Notes under the pieces: generated by a model
Told to the model about the DNA's origin: nothing
Database searches by the model: none
What the model saw: the letters and a program-made list of their open reading frames with translations, nothing else
Position numbers and translations under genes: made by a program
Part shown: in pieces, positions 36,831 to 49,275 of the stretch
How positions within the stretch are numbered: position 1 is the stretch's first letter
How the letters are laid out: each line of letters starts with the position of its first letter
NCBI RefSeq assembly: GCF_001194135.2
Contig: NC_068985.1
Location: forward strand, 3,185,591 to 3,249,590
Direction of reading: 5' to 3'
DNA: 64,000 bases
Source of the DNA: Octopus bimaculoides
Lineage: Eukaryota

Positions 36831-38945
36831 ATAGGGTTATGTGGCTGATGTAAGTTCCCCACCCACTCCCTCTACATCAGATGTAGGTTACTTTCACCAC
36901 TGAAGGAATTAAATTCATGCTGCAAGCTAACAAGTCACTCATCACATCAACAGTACCACAATTGATTGTGAGAGTTGTCCCTACTCTGAAGTAAAGATTT
37001 AAAGCCAAGATGGAACAGGCCAGTAGAGAGTTACTGTCCCAATCACTGACACAGCACAGTGTCAAAGATAGATTAGGAACCACCTACTTCTCGGCTGATT
37101 GGCAGCTACTCTATCTACTCAACACACTCCAAAATGTAATAATTCCATAGAACGAAGAAAAGAAATAATCATATATATTTCTGTTGGCACACAACCACAA
37201 ATTTGTTTTCTAAAACACAATATTGGTGTTTGAGGAACAATGGTTTTATGCTGTAGTTATAAATTGTTAAAATGGCCTTTCAATTTGGCTGTGAAAATGA
37301 TCAATGGATAGGTTGTAATGCAGTCAATTGTGATGCTGAATAAACTGTTTTGAATGGTTTGAGATGTTTTGAGACATTAACCATTCAACCAAGGTGTTTC
37401 TGGATTTAAATCTTCCTTTAAAACACTTCTTGTGTGGCTATCCTCACAGTGACAACAACATAGTCTTTTACTTTCTGACACCCTGTTGAAAATTTTCCAA
37501 GTCAAAAGCCTCTGACTTTTAATGATTTTGTTACTGAACAGAATTGAAAGGGTTTCAAGTTTTCTCCCTCGCAATAAGGAGCTCCTAATTTTCCTTCAAA
37601 ATGAAAGTAAACCAAGTCAGTACAATTCTTGTGATATCATGTATTTCAAGACTGTCTGACTGATGCAGTACCATGTTGTACAGGAAGTTTAAAAGTTAAT
37701 ATCATCAATGAAGAAGCATTGCAATAGCCAAGTGGTTGCAAAATAGTGAGAAAGTGAGAATAGAAGAGACTGGAAATCAATTAACATTCAACAAAAGTTG
37801 CCCTTAATGGAGCAGAAAAGCTAATGTTGAAAAAAAGGCAATGAATAGAAAAGAAGTAGAAAATGAAGTCTTCAGAGAAATTAAAATTAAGTAAGACCGT
37901 TTCACATGGACTGAAACCACGTCTTCTACTTTTACTACTAATTATCCTTTCAAATAACGAAAAGCACTCCAGTTTCATTGCACTGGGGCCTATGTCACTG
38001 GTCTGAGCCCACACAGGTTCAGTAAACTTAGTGTGGAAATAAGAGAGAAAAATAATGTACAATGTGAGAAATGAAAGATGCTTGAAGCTTCTATACATTG
38101 CTGGTGACACATGAACTAATTCAGTTTCAGAAACTGAGTAGGTTGGTTTAAAAATACACAAATACAAACAAATTTGGTATCAAGTGTAGTTTTAGTTGAG
38201 AAAAACAATATTGATAGAAAATAAATTATCTCAAGATGGCAGGCTAGCTTCAATATATCTAAAGTTACATAGTAATTATACTTCTCTATCATATCTTTGT
38301 GCTAATATCAATTATCATTGAAGAAAAGAATTAAAAAGAAAAGAATATTAAAATAGAAATGGAAATGCTATGTATTTTGATTTATTCAGTTTCTTTTGAT
38401 AATTATTAACATTTCATGTCCAATAGATAGCATGTCATAAGAAATCCAACTGGACAGCAGAGATAGCACTAGAAAATATTCCCTTTTCATTCAATACTTT
38501 TCTTTTATTCATTTAATGTATATCTTATTCTTGGCTTGGCTTAACATATGATATTGCAAAATATAAGGTAATGAGTTCAATTTTGTTATAAGCATTTTGA
38601 AGGCAAATCATATTTGATTTGCTTCTGTCAACCTAAATGAAAATAGGTACCACTCACTGTTTGCTTTTCTTGGAAACAAAAAAAACTAAAGTAGTCAAGG
38701 AAGTTAATGACTTCTGCATTGGCAGAACTTTGTAAAACATGTATGAAGAAGTCCTTGTCCAAAACTCACTCCTTACAACATACAGGTTTGGAACATTTGC
38801 AAAACCACTGCTGTAACCATTTTTTGTCACCTTTCTCTCTCTTTGTTCCAATAACAGAATTTTCTGCCTTTCTCTTTTTGAAGCTTCTGTGTTTTTTTCT
38901 TTATTCACAGATAGAAGTTAATTGATATTCAATATTAATTGAAAA

Positions 38946-39355
38946 AAGGGCTGCAAGCTGGCAGAAACGTTACCATGCCAGAAAAAACGCTCTGCAGCGT
39001 TTCATCCTTCTTAACATTCTGAGTTCAAGTTCTGTCGAGGTTGACTTTGCTTTTCATCCCTTCGAGCTCGATAAAATAAGTACCTGTTGAGCATGGGGGG
39101 GGGGGGCCATGTAATCAACTTACTCCTCCTCAAAATTGCTGGCCTTGTGCCAAAATTTGAAACCAATATTAATTCCAGAAAAGATGGTAAGATGGCAGAA
39201 TTGTTACCACGAAAAATGCTTAGTGGCATTTCTTCTGGTTTTAAGTTCTGAGCTCAAATGCTACCAGGGTCAGCTGAACACTAGGGTCAATGTAATCGAC
39301 TTGCCCCCTCCCTTATGATCGCTGGCCTTGTGCTAAAATTTGAAAGCAATATTAA
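38946..39355 (+). mobile_element. Two tandem copies of SINE family B
   Basis: gctggcagaaacgtt...ttctgagttcaa...gtaatcaactt...aaattgctggccttgtgccaaaatttgaaaccaatatt occurs twice in direct orientation. Confidence 0.75.
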
Positions 39356-39939
39356 CCCCAAAATAAAAGAAGCTTCCATTAGTCTACAGACATATTTCAC
39401 TAAATTCCACATAGAGACAGTAGAATAATGCTGCTGCACATCAAATGTCAGCTTAATCTTAAACAAGTAGAACTTAGCTAGTGTGAAAGACAATTTATCT
39501 ACTGAAGGGACCCATTTCAGTTGAGGTAGCTCCATCCCAAAAGGTAAAACCTACAGAACTAAAAGTATATAATTGTGGTTTGCAGTATAGAAGAAAAACA
39601 TTTGGTGATATAAAGGAGCAGAAGGATTTCTGGTGGACTGACCCTGAATTGTGACAGTATACAATGCATAAGAATAGAAAGATGTCAGCCTAACTAAGCC
39701 TGAACTGAAGACTAGGAATTACATGAATGTGTGACTGGAAATGGTAGACAAGTTCTGCAATGTTGGTACCTGAATGCTACAGATTGAACAGGAGATAAAA
39801 GAAAAAGCAGAGAATTTGATGAGTCATAGAAAGGGGTGGACTAAATTTTGTAAACTTCTACCTCTGTTAAAATAACATGTTTCTCCCTCTGGGAAAAGAG
39901 AATGATTAAAGGTAAATGTGTGTGCATGTATGTCAGCTG

Positions 39940-40080
39940 GATGCCCTTCCTAACACCAACCATTCCAAGAGTGCAGTGGGTGCTTTTTACGTGCTACCGG
40001 CATGGGGGCCAGTCAGGCGGCACTGGTATCAACCACACTCACATGGTGCTTTCTACGTGCCAGTCAGGCGGCACTGGCAA
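39940..40080 (-). mobile_element. RTE LINE 3'UTR internal fragment
   Basis: cagctggatgcccttcctaacaccaacc...gtgggtgctttttacgtgc. Confidence 0.7.
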
Positions 40081-41507
40081 ACTTCGAAATTATTGCCATG
40101 CCTCAGTGTGCGTGTGTGTGTGTGTGCACATGTATGTACGCACACACAATGCCAAAGTAGCATTGATGCTACCAAGGAACGGGGTTTTTTTGGCCAACAT
40201 TGCAGCATGCTTTTCCCTTGTCATCAAGCTAACTTACCATACAGAGATAAATATGCATATAATACATACACACCCATGCATGCGCACACACATACACACA
40301 ATGTCCTGTATACTTGTATATTGCATCAACATTAATAAAAACCGTTTTTCTTTTTGTGATATTTTGTTGTTATGGTAACTAGAGATAAGTATAACAAATT
40401 CTGCTTTAAAATAGCTGAATCCTAATCAATCTGGTTAAAGCTGAGAAAATAAAATAAAGCAAACACCTAAATAAATGAATGAATAAAACAAACAAAGCTA
40501 TTCTATTGATCCTACTAACATCTGACTTTAATGTGTTATGCTGTTTACACCACTGAACTAGTGCAGGGTTAGCTCTATAGATAGAGAAAAAAAGACAAAC
40601 ACCATCAATTCTCTGATCTCAAAACATCAACACAAATTTAAAGAGCACCACTTTTAACAGGCAGCAAAACATTTCAGTTTGGCAACATTAAATTTGCAGC
40701 AAGGTAAAGCAACAAAAGTATTAAAAAGAAGAAGAAAAAATGTATCAAATAAATAATAAAAAAATTATTTGGTGCATTTGAATATTTAGTTTAAAACAAC
40801 CAGAATATTGTGAGGTAAAAAAAAAAATAAATAAAACTGAGTATGATCTAAAATGTATAATAAATATTAAAGAAAGTGAAAGACAAAAAGGAAAAGTACA
40901 TTTTTTTTTTTTTTGTCACTATCTTTACACATCTATTGGATGTGTAATGTATGTTCTTGCAAGTGGAGTTTTTAGAATTTGGATACTCTTTCCAACTTTC
41001 AACTACAAAATGGAGAATAAAGGAGAATTTTTTTTGTTTTCTTTTTAAGTTAGGTCAACTGAGACAAGCAGAGGTAAGTGAAACCATAAAAGTGCTGTGT
41101 ATTAGGGTCACAAATTCATACATACAAAATGTACACCCATATGCATGTTTTAGTGCATATGTGCATGTATGTGAATGTGCATGCATATACACATATATAC
41201 TAATATATACACACAAACACTTACATGTATATGTATAGACTGCACAAAAACATCTTTACTATCTCTTAATTTCCAGCAAAAAAGAAAACAGCTGGTCATT
41301 TTTTTTTTTTTATGTAATGGACAGCCAACCACAAAGACCTCTTAGCAGTATGGAAATATGCAGCAGAGTAAAATCTCAGAGTAGTGCAAGTTTAATCAGA
41401 TACATAGGTCAAATGTCTTTCTAAAGTACTTTCTTCGTGGACAGAGAAAAAAAATGAGGGTCTACCACCCTGACTATTGTCTGTGCACAAAAAGATTACA
41501 TGTATAC

Positions 41508-42390
41508 TCTTTTACTTGTTTCAGTCATTTAACTGCGGCCATGCTGGAGCACCGCTTTTAGTCAAGCAAATCGACCCCAGAGCTTATTCTTTGTAAGTCT
41601 AGTACTTATTTTATCAGTATCTTTTACCAAACCACTAAGTTATGGGGACGTAAACATACCAGGATCAGTTGTTAAGAGATGTTGGGGGAGACAAACACAG
41701 ACATACAAACATATACATACACATACATATATATCATCATCATTTAACGTCCATTTTCCATGCTAGCATGTGTTGGCTGGTTCAACTGGGGTCTGGGAAG
41801 CCAGGAGTCTGCATCAGGCTCCAGTCTGATCTGACAGTGTTCCTACAGTTGGATGCCTTTCCTAATGCCAACCACTCCGAGAGAGTAGTGGGTGCTTTTT
41901 ATGTGCCACCAGCAAGGGGGCCAGAGGAGGCTGGCAACAGCCACGATCAGTTGGTGCTTTTTACGTGCCACCAGCACGGAAGCCAGTCAAGGCGGAGCTA
42001 GTATCGGCCACGTTCAGATGGTGCTTTTTACGTGCCACCGGCATGGGTATCACAACTACAATTTGCATTTGATTTTCATTTTGATGTTGATGTACTTGAC
42101 TCAATAGGTCTCCTCAAGCACAGCATGTTGCCCTACAATCGAAGGTACTTTTGAATGGGCTGGGGCTGGTTATGTGAAACTGGTGTAGGATACAGCCGTG
42201 AACTCACTTTAAATATATATACATATACAACAGGCTTCTTCCAGTTTCTGTCTACCAAATCCACTCACAAGGCTTTGGTTGGCCCGAGGCTATAGTAGAA
42301 GACACTTGCCCAAGGTGTCACGCAGTGGAACTGAACCTGGGACCATGTGATTGGTAAGCAAGTTACTTACCACACAGCCATTCCTGCACC
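41508..42390 (-). mobile_element. SINE family A long copy interrupted by an RTE insertion
   Basis: 3' body at 41508-41730 and 5' head at 42225-42390, separated by the RTE fragment that inserted in its microsatellite. Confidence 0.72.
41734..42210 (-). mobile_element. RTE LINE 3' end nested in a SINE
   Basis: (CAT)n tail, core, three internal units and the ctcaataggtctcctcaagcac..gccctac block shared with 49566-49620. Confidence 0.82.
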
Positions 42391-42597
42391 TGCATGTTTA
42401 TTTACTATGAATAAGAATCTCATAAAATCAGAAGTTCTGATTTGCAAACTAGAGTTTCATTAATAAAGGTTAGTAAACTTGTACTACAAATATAGTGTTT
42501 ATTTCATATACATTTCCGTTTATGAAAAAGATCTTTTGTCCATTACACTGGCATATGTCAGTCAAAAGAAAATACATTTCACTATTTTGAACAAGAA

Positions 42598-42727
42598 GGC
42601 ATGTGTGGTAAGAAATTTGTTTCCCAACCATACGGTGCCAGGTTCAGTTCCTTAGGTAAGTGTCTTCTACTTAAAGCCTTGAGAGAACCAAAATCTGGTG
42701 AGTGGATTTGGTAGATGGAAATGAAAG

Positions 42728-42778
<51 letters not shown>

Positions 42779-42990
42779 TTTGTTCCACCTCTTGCTACTT
42801 CTTGACAAGTGGTATTGACATGTTTACATCTCTGTAACTTTGCAGTTCAACAAAAAGGGGCCAATAGAATAGGTACCAGGGTTAAAAAAGTAAAATAATA
42901 AAGTTCTAGAATTGATCCATTCTACAAAAAATTCATGGTGATGCCCCAGCATGGTGCTGCTGTCTAATGACTGAAATGAGTAAAAGATCA
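42598..42990 (+). mobile_element. SINE family A long copy; a further short copy at ~43010-43160
   Basis: Head gtgtggtaagaaatttgtttcccaacc, internal (TG)n and body ending in gactgaaatgagtaaaag. Confidence 0.7.
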
Positions 42991-43459
42991 GCTTTAAATA
43001 AGAGTGTTGGCATGTTCTTGAAATTAAAAAGTTCACTTCATAATCACATGGTTCTAAGTTCAAACCCAACGTGTAGTAGTTAGGACGTCTTCTATCACAG
43101 CGTCAGGTTGACTAAAGCCTTGAGTGAAATTAGATAAACAGAAACTGTGTGGAAGCCCAATGTCTGAAGATAACTCCATTCTAAAGTTGTTATTTCCTAC
43201 TGAAACAACCCATGATATACAATGTCTTCCTCTCTTTCTTTCTCCAGTCTCAGCAGCCATACAAAATGCTATGAATGCTGCTCTTCCACATCAAAGTCAT
43301 TAATTTTTTACCATTGGCTATAAACAAACAGGAATTTATCATCCCTCATACAATATGAAGGATGATAAAGAGAATAAAACACACAAAAAAAGAAACATAA
43401 AGGTCACTGCCAATCCTTCTCGGAATATTTATACATATACATTTTTTAACAATTCTTAC

Positions 43460-43560
43460 CTTGACGAATTAAATTCTTGTTAATCATATAGTCTCTCTTC
43501 ATAACTTTGATTGCATAGAGTTTTTCTGGGTTTTCTTTTTTACACCCAAGAAATACTTTC
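43460..43560 (-). CDS. gwl: Internal coding exon of Greatwall/MASTL serine/threonine kinase (subdomains I-II)
   Basis: ttttttcctacag|G AAA GTA TTT...CGT CAA G|gtaaga. 101 nt encoding (G)KVFLGCKKENPEKLYAIKVMKRDYMINKNLIRQ(V), matching the Greatwall pattern GKVFLG..K.L(F/Y)AIKVM.K..MINKN...QV. Orthology rests on 33 residues only. Confidence 0.85.
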
Positions 43561-43629
43561 CTGTAGGAAAAAAAAAAAAAAATTATGCTAATCATATGAT
43601 TTACATATTTATGTATACAATGTGTGTAT

Positions 43630-43669
<40 letters not shown>

Positions 43670-44223
43670 ATGCATGCATGCACACAAGGGGTATACCTAA
43701 CTCCTAATTTCCATTACCTGTGTTACAGAACAATGGGCGAATGAAAATAAGTATTGTCAAGTGTTAAATGTAGTAATATAGATGGTAAACATAAGTTCAA
43801 GCCATGGGTCAGTCAAATAATATACACTTTGGTTCAAGTGGAATGAGCAAAATATATGTGTCTATGTTTCTCTGTGTGTGTGTGTGTATGTGTGTGCATG
43901 CACAGTATGTACACATACATATGTATGCATGAATGTTTATCTACTTGTGCATGTGAGTTACGTATATGTAGGTAGAGACCTGTCTGCATAATTTTTCTCA
44001 GCTAACATTTTTCAAATCTGTCAACACTGTTTCTCGTCCCCTTTGCTTTGACCAAACCCCAACCCCACACCAACTCACTTTTCTACCCCCTCTCCCTTAC
44101 CTCTACTTCACCCTTTGCTCCTCTTCATTTCTTTCACTACTCCCTATCTATTTATCCACCACCATTACTAAACATTTCATTTCTCTCCCCACATCCACTG
44201 AATATTTTCTATATGAATATATA

Positions 44224-45529
44224 CATGGTGAATAAATTGTCATCTAAATTACACAAAAATGAAAATAACACTGCCATCTCGTTTAACAGATATATTCACC
44301 AAAATTACATAAAAATATCTTGAAATACTACAGAGTAAATCTATTCAATAAAATCACCATTTGCTTCAACCACGGCCTCCAAATGATTTCGGAATCTTTT
44401 GCAACTCTTCTGGACAGCTTCCTTGTTTAAGTTGGTGAATGCTGCCATAATCCTTGCCTTCAGTTCATCTTTGGTGTTACAAGGAGTTTTGTTGGTCTCT
44501 GGTTCAACTGCGCCCCACACAAAATAACGAAGTGGGGTTGCAGTCTGGGGACTTAGGTGGTCAGATGTTATGGGTGATGTGGTCGCAGAAATTGTCTGAC
44601 CGCCATGAGTGGGTTCTCCTGCTTATGTGGCATGGTGCAGAGTCCAGTTGCCAGACATAGGGTCTTCTAGCAGCCACCCTCTTGACCCAGAGCAGCACTA
44701 CCTCCTCCAGACACTTGATGTAGGCCTGCATGTTAAGCCTGAGGCTGTGGAAAGATGAATGGAGACATAATGTCACCATCAATAGTGATCACTCCAAACA
44801 CCATGATGTGGACTGGATGTTTGATTGTAATCACTCTTGGTACATGTTCTGGGGACACGGCAAGCCAACAGTCATTCTGTGTGTTCACCATTTGATCCTG
44901 GCAGAAAATTTCCTTGTCTGAAAAAACCCAAAACATGTTGAGTTGGAGGAGATGCTTGAGTTTGTTCAAAAGCTACATAGCAAAATCTTTCCTCTTGTCC
45001 TTGGCGGCTTGGGATGAAAATTGTCTCTTTCTCATCCTGTATGAGGAATACCGAATGTCTTCATGCCCTACCTGGCTGATAAGAAACTCAGACACTTCCA
45101 TGTGCCTGGCCTGGCCTGGCAATGGACCTGATTGACTTGGAGGGATCATTGTCAATCATGGCTTGGATCTCATCAACAAATTCAAGGGTTTTTTCTTATC
45201 AGAACAATCAGAGTGAATTTTCTGAGCTGCCGTACCTTCGTAATCACCATTAGACTCATCCAACTCTTTCCAAATCCTCTGCACTGTCCTCGGATTGACA
45301 GCCAAACACTCTGAAACATTCATATTGGAGCTTCCGGCACAAATGCCAAGCAGTACAGCATGTTGTTTCCAAATTTCTGGCAGAGTGAATTGCATCATGG
45401 TACTGCTTTTCTCACAGATGGTGCCCGACTGACCCTACTATACTGTGTAGTCAACAAAATCAAAAACAAACAATGTACATGCATGAAATGAAAAATATAA
45501 AATGGTGACAATTTACCCATCACACCCTG
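44224..45529 (-). mobile_element. Full-length (1306 bp) maT/DD37D mariner-like transposon, inactive
   Basis: TA flanks at 44222-44223 and 45530-45531; imperfect TIRs (ca.ggtg..taaattgtca). Frameshifted transposase with HTH N-terminus, FSDKEIFCQDQ, WQLDSAPCH and *PPKSPDCNP; 37 residues separate the second D from the third-D position. Confidence 0.92.
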
Positions 45530-47286
45530 TATATACATGCAGATATATTAAGTACACATATGTGAATGTGTATGTACATATCTACAAACACATACACATG
45601 CATTGTGTGTGTGGGCATGTATGTGTAAGCCAGCACTTCACACTTTGTAACTCAAAGTTTTGCATTTCTGATCTTCAGGAAAAAATATGAAGTGTGGTAC
45701 AAGAAATCCATTGTTTCAAAGACATAGCAAGATGAGGACAAAACAACAGCTGTTGATTTAGTGCAGAAGAATAATTGTTAAAAAAAAATGATAAAAGAGA
45801 AAGAAGTGAGACAGTAGTTATACAAAGTAAGAGAATAAAGAATGAAAAGTTGCAATGATTAAAGATAAGTTATTGGAAATATAAAAGGCAAAAGAATAAA
45901 AACAATTACGAAAGGTAATAAGTTTGAGAATGGGGTTCTACATGTACATTCACTGGTTAACAGTCCTAACTAAACTGAGAGATAAATGGCAACTGACATG
46001 ACTACAAAAAGTGGTCATGAAATGGTATTATGGACAACATAAGTACACAAATGTACTTACATATACCTGCACACACACACACACGTACATATCTATAGAA
46101 AGGTGTATAGATGTATAGAGATAAATAATGTGAATAGAGGTGACAGATAAAAACAGAAAAATGAAAAAAAGCACTACTTTAGCAGAAGGTCATCTGTAAT
46201 TGCTGGGATAAAAAAAATTGCCAAGATGACAACATTAAAGTAAATACAAATCCTCAACTGTGGGATTATGGCCTTACAAGATCCTGTTATAAAGATGTGA
46301 AAATATGATGATTACAAAAACATTAAAATATCAATGTGGAAATAATGTGTGCGTGTGCATGTATGTGAGTGCATGCGAGCATGTGAAAAAAGTTTTGCTT
46401 AGATGTGCGTGAAAATATGTGGCATGATTGAAAATGCATATAGGCTCATAAAAATACATGCAAGTTCATGAAAAGTTATTATCCCAGAATGCTGTAACAT
46501 ACAAAGTAGACAAGAAGATTTGGGTGAGGAAAGTAATGATATGAAAGCACTGACAAAATGATGACATAGCAAAGGTACGAGAGGAAAAGTCAAGGCACTA
46601 AAGAAGCAAAGCGGAGTAAATGAGGGCGGGATTGTGAAGAAAAGAAAGAGAGTGAAAGAGATATTACTGGTGAAGCAATACGGCTCCATGGAATATATTT
46701 TTGGAACTTTGTCATTCATGTTCACTGGCATTAAAGATCCAACAGAGCATACACACCACATTTCATTCCCATTTTTACATTCTTCGGCATTCAGTGCCCA
46801 TGCACTTCTTTGACGATGGAAGACCAACTACTGAAACAAAGAAATACAGACTCATATCATAGAAAGCCATATTCAAATAACATTTTGAGCCAGTGAAGAT
46901 AGATTCAACCTTATAAAAATAACCAATTTCACAAAATCGGTGACAAATTCCAAAGCCAATTTCTAGATCATTGCTGACAAAATGGAGTATTTATCACAAA
47001 GATGAGCTTGTTTTGAGAAATATGAAAGGCTACAGCACAGACAGATTTAGGAAAGACCTTATTTTTTTAGAGACTTAGGTTTAACCGTTTAGCATTTAAA
47101 CCAGCCATATCCAGTCCATATATTCTACATGGTTTATGTCCAAACTGGCCACATTTGGCCTCTCACACCTACCCTCCAATGTTAATCTAAAAATAAACAA
47201 CCACATACAGTTCTATATTTAAGAGATGAGGAATTATGTACCTTATTTACATTTGACAGTTATTTGTCCTCATCTTGTTTGTTGTT

Positions 47287-47332
47287 AACACAACATTTCG
47301 GCTGATATACCCTTCAGCCATCATCAGGTATC
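47287..47332 (-). ncRNA. Minimal type I hammerhead ribozyme-like motif (activity untested)
   Basis: GAUAC CUGAUGA U GGCUG AAGGGUAUAU CAGCC GAAA UG UU GUGUU: both core boxes, a 5-bp stem II and stem I arms. Confidence 0.65.
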
Positions 47333-47379
47333 TTGGGGAAATTTCGAACCTGGGTTCTCATTCCTAAAGTATTTTTCAA

Positions 47380-47381
<2 letters not shown>

Positions 47382-47440
<59 letters not shown>
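47382..47440. repeat. (TTA)n microsatellite spacer inside the composite element
   Basis: About 19-20 perfect TTA units. Confidence 0.97.
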
Positions 47441-47444
<4 letters not shown>

Positions 47445-47514
47445 TCACTGCCTGGAATCAAACTCGGGATCTTCGGGTTAGTAGCCCGCGCTCTTAACCA
47501 CTACGCCATATGCC
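47441..47514 (-). promoter_or_regulatory. tRNA-derived head with Pol III A and B boxes
   Basis: GGCATATGGCGTAGTGGTTAAGAGCGCGGGCTACTAACCCGAAGATCCCGAGTTTGATTCCAGG: A box TGGCGTAGTGG, B-box-like GAGTTTGATTCC and an anticodon-like stem-loop. Confidence 0.7.
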
Positions 47515-47580
47515 ACTACACTATAATAACATTGAAAAGTACCTTAGCAATGACAACCCAGGTTCAAAATTCCCCCCCAA

Positions 47581-47623
47581 GACACCTGATGAAGGCTGGA
47601 GGGTATATCAGCCGAAATGTGTT
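47581..47623 (+). ncRNA. Hammerhead-like motif in the inverted arm (stem III region shortened)
   Basis: GACAC CUGAUGA A GGCUG GAGGGUAUAU CAGCC GAAA U GUGUU. Confidence 0.55.
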
Positions 47624-49275
47624 AACAACAAACAAGATGAGGACAAATATCTGTCAAATGTAAATAATGTAAACAACCATTTCATCAAAATCCCAAAGCA
47701 ATGAGATGATACATGATTAATTCAAAACATTGTGAACAAATAAACATTACAGTCAACAGAGTAATTTGAATGCTAAAGGGTAAAAGGTCACAGGTGACAA
47801 CAATCTTTCTGCTGAAACATCTTAGATATCACCTTAAATTTAGCCACTGACAAATTTTACCTTCACCATAAATCTAATGAATGGTTATTCTACATTCAAA
47901 AGAGCTTTAACCATCCGCCTAGCATGCTAAGTACCCAGCATTAATAAACTGGTTTCATTTCATCTTTGGATAAGACAACATTTCAAAGTATTTCACATTA
48001 TTGTAACAAGGTACTTAACTGCAATGAATTTTCAGAAAGAGTAAAGAACACTGCTAAACTTTGCTTCTCAGCATAAAACCAAACAAATTCTGTTTTACAA
48101 CACAATCTTCTGCTGGAATGTCTGAAGCAAATAGCCCAAGAAGTTCCTAGAGCCAATGTCTTTTCATTTTAGAAAAAGTTATTGATACCACAAGATTTTC
48201 AATAGAAATTAGGTCAAAATATCATATTCCTGTGAGAATTTCACCAACTTCATCAGATCACTCACTTCTAAATAATTGTTCAATGATAACATTTCCATCC
48301 CTGCACATAACTACAAGTATCCATCTAATTTTGCAATTTGTAGGAAGGATTTACCAAACACAAATATAATAAATTTTTCTAATGCTGAGAATATTTACAC
48401 ATTTTATTGTAAAGAATATTAGAGGAACGTTCCCTTCAAATTTTCCATTAAATCTAAATAGAATAGACCTAATATTGTAGTTTGGAGCAGAAATAAAACT
48501 CTGTGTTGGTGAAGAGATCAGCTGCCCTGTTCATGTGAGTATTTCATTGAAATTTAATGAAAAAGAGACAATTATGGCAGACCGCTTTGAAACTTATGGC
48601 TTACTACCCAGACATCATTTTATTTATACTCATTATTGGTGTACTTGGTTTTGTTACAAACTGTAATAATTTTTTGAAAGCAAAAGAGACCTGTTTTCTG
48701 CAAATTCTATCTATAAATGGATCGACCCATGTCAGTGTGGAAAAGTAGTTGTAAAATAAACAAATGAATGAATGATAATATCAGCACTTAATAAATTAAT
48801 GTTAATTATTTACATTTACTTCACAATTCAAGCTATATTTGAATAGAAAGAGAATATCTGTTTTTGAATACATACATATTTATATATCAATGTAAAGGAT
48901 ATTGATGAAACATGCCCATCAAAACTTAACATAATAGGCCTGATGTGGCTGTTACTTCCAAATACACACACATATGTATGCATATACATACATTTCTATT
49001 CTATTTCACACAAAGAACATTATAAATACTAAGGCATTGATAAAAAATATATCATATAAAGGTACTATGAACAAAGATAGGGTGACTCCAGAATATTACA
49101 TCATACTTGGAACTCTTCTCTAACAACAAGTTAGAACTCCCCCTCTTGCAAGACAATATCTCACAATACATTTGCAGAACCAGTGCTAATACATTTGGGA
49201 TACTTGAGTGGTCTATAAACGAAATTCCAGAAAGATACTGTCATTAACTGGAATGATATGAACAGGTTTTTATCT

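Larger units (their letters stand above)
47204..47669 (-). mobile_element. Composite retroelement: tRNA-like head + (AAT)n + Penelope-pLTR-like hammerhead body, with inverted 5' arm
   Basis: Flanked by duplicated taaacaacca (47194-47203 and 47670-47679); arms 47206-47381 and 47522-47670 are reverse complements. Confidence 0.8.
47085..47780. mobile_element. piggyBac-like MITE hosting a nested insertion
   Basis: TTAA|ccgtttagcatt ... aatgctaaaggg|taaa: short terminal inverted repeats with TTAA-type flanks. Confidence 0.6.

Noticed and set aside
46399-46833. 142-aa minus-strand ORF with an acceptor-like tttctttgtttcag
   Set aside because: VPKI is not followed by the kinase start; there is no donor and the C-terminus is low-complexity.
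47441-47514. Functional tRNA gene (ACT anticodon)
   Set aside because: Acceptor and T stems pair poorly, there is no terminator, and it is embedded in a TSD-flanked repeat; better explained as a SINE-type head.
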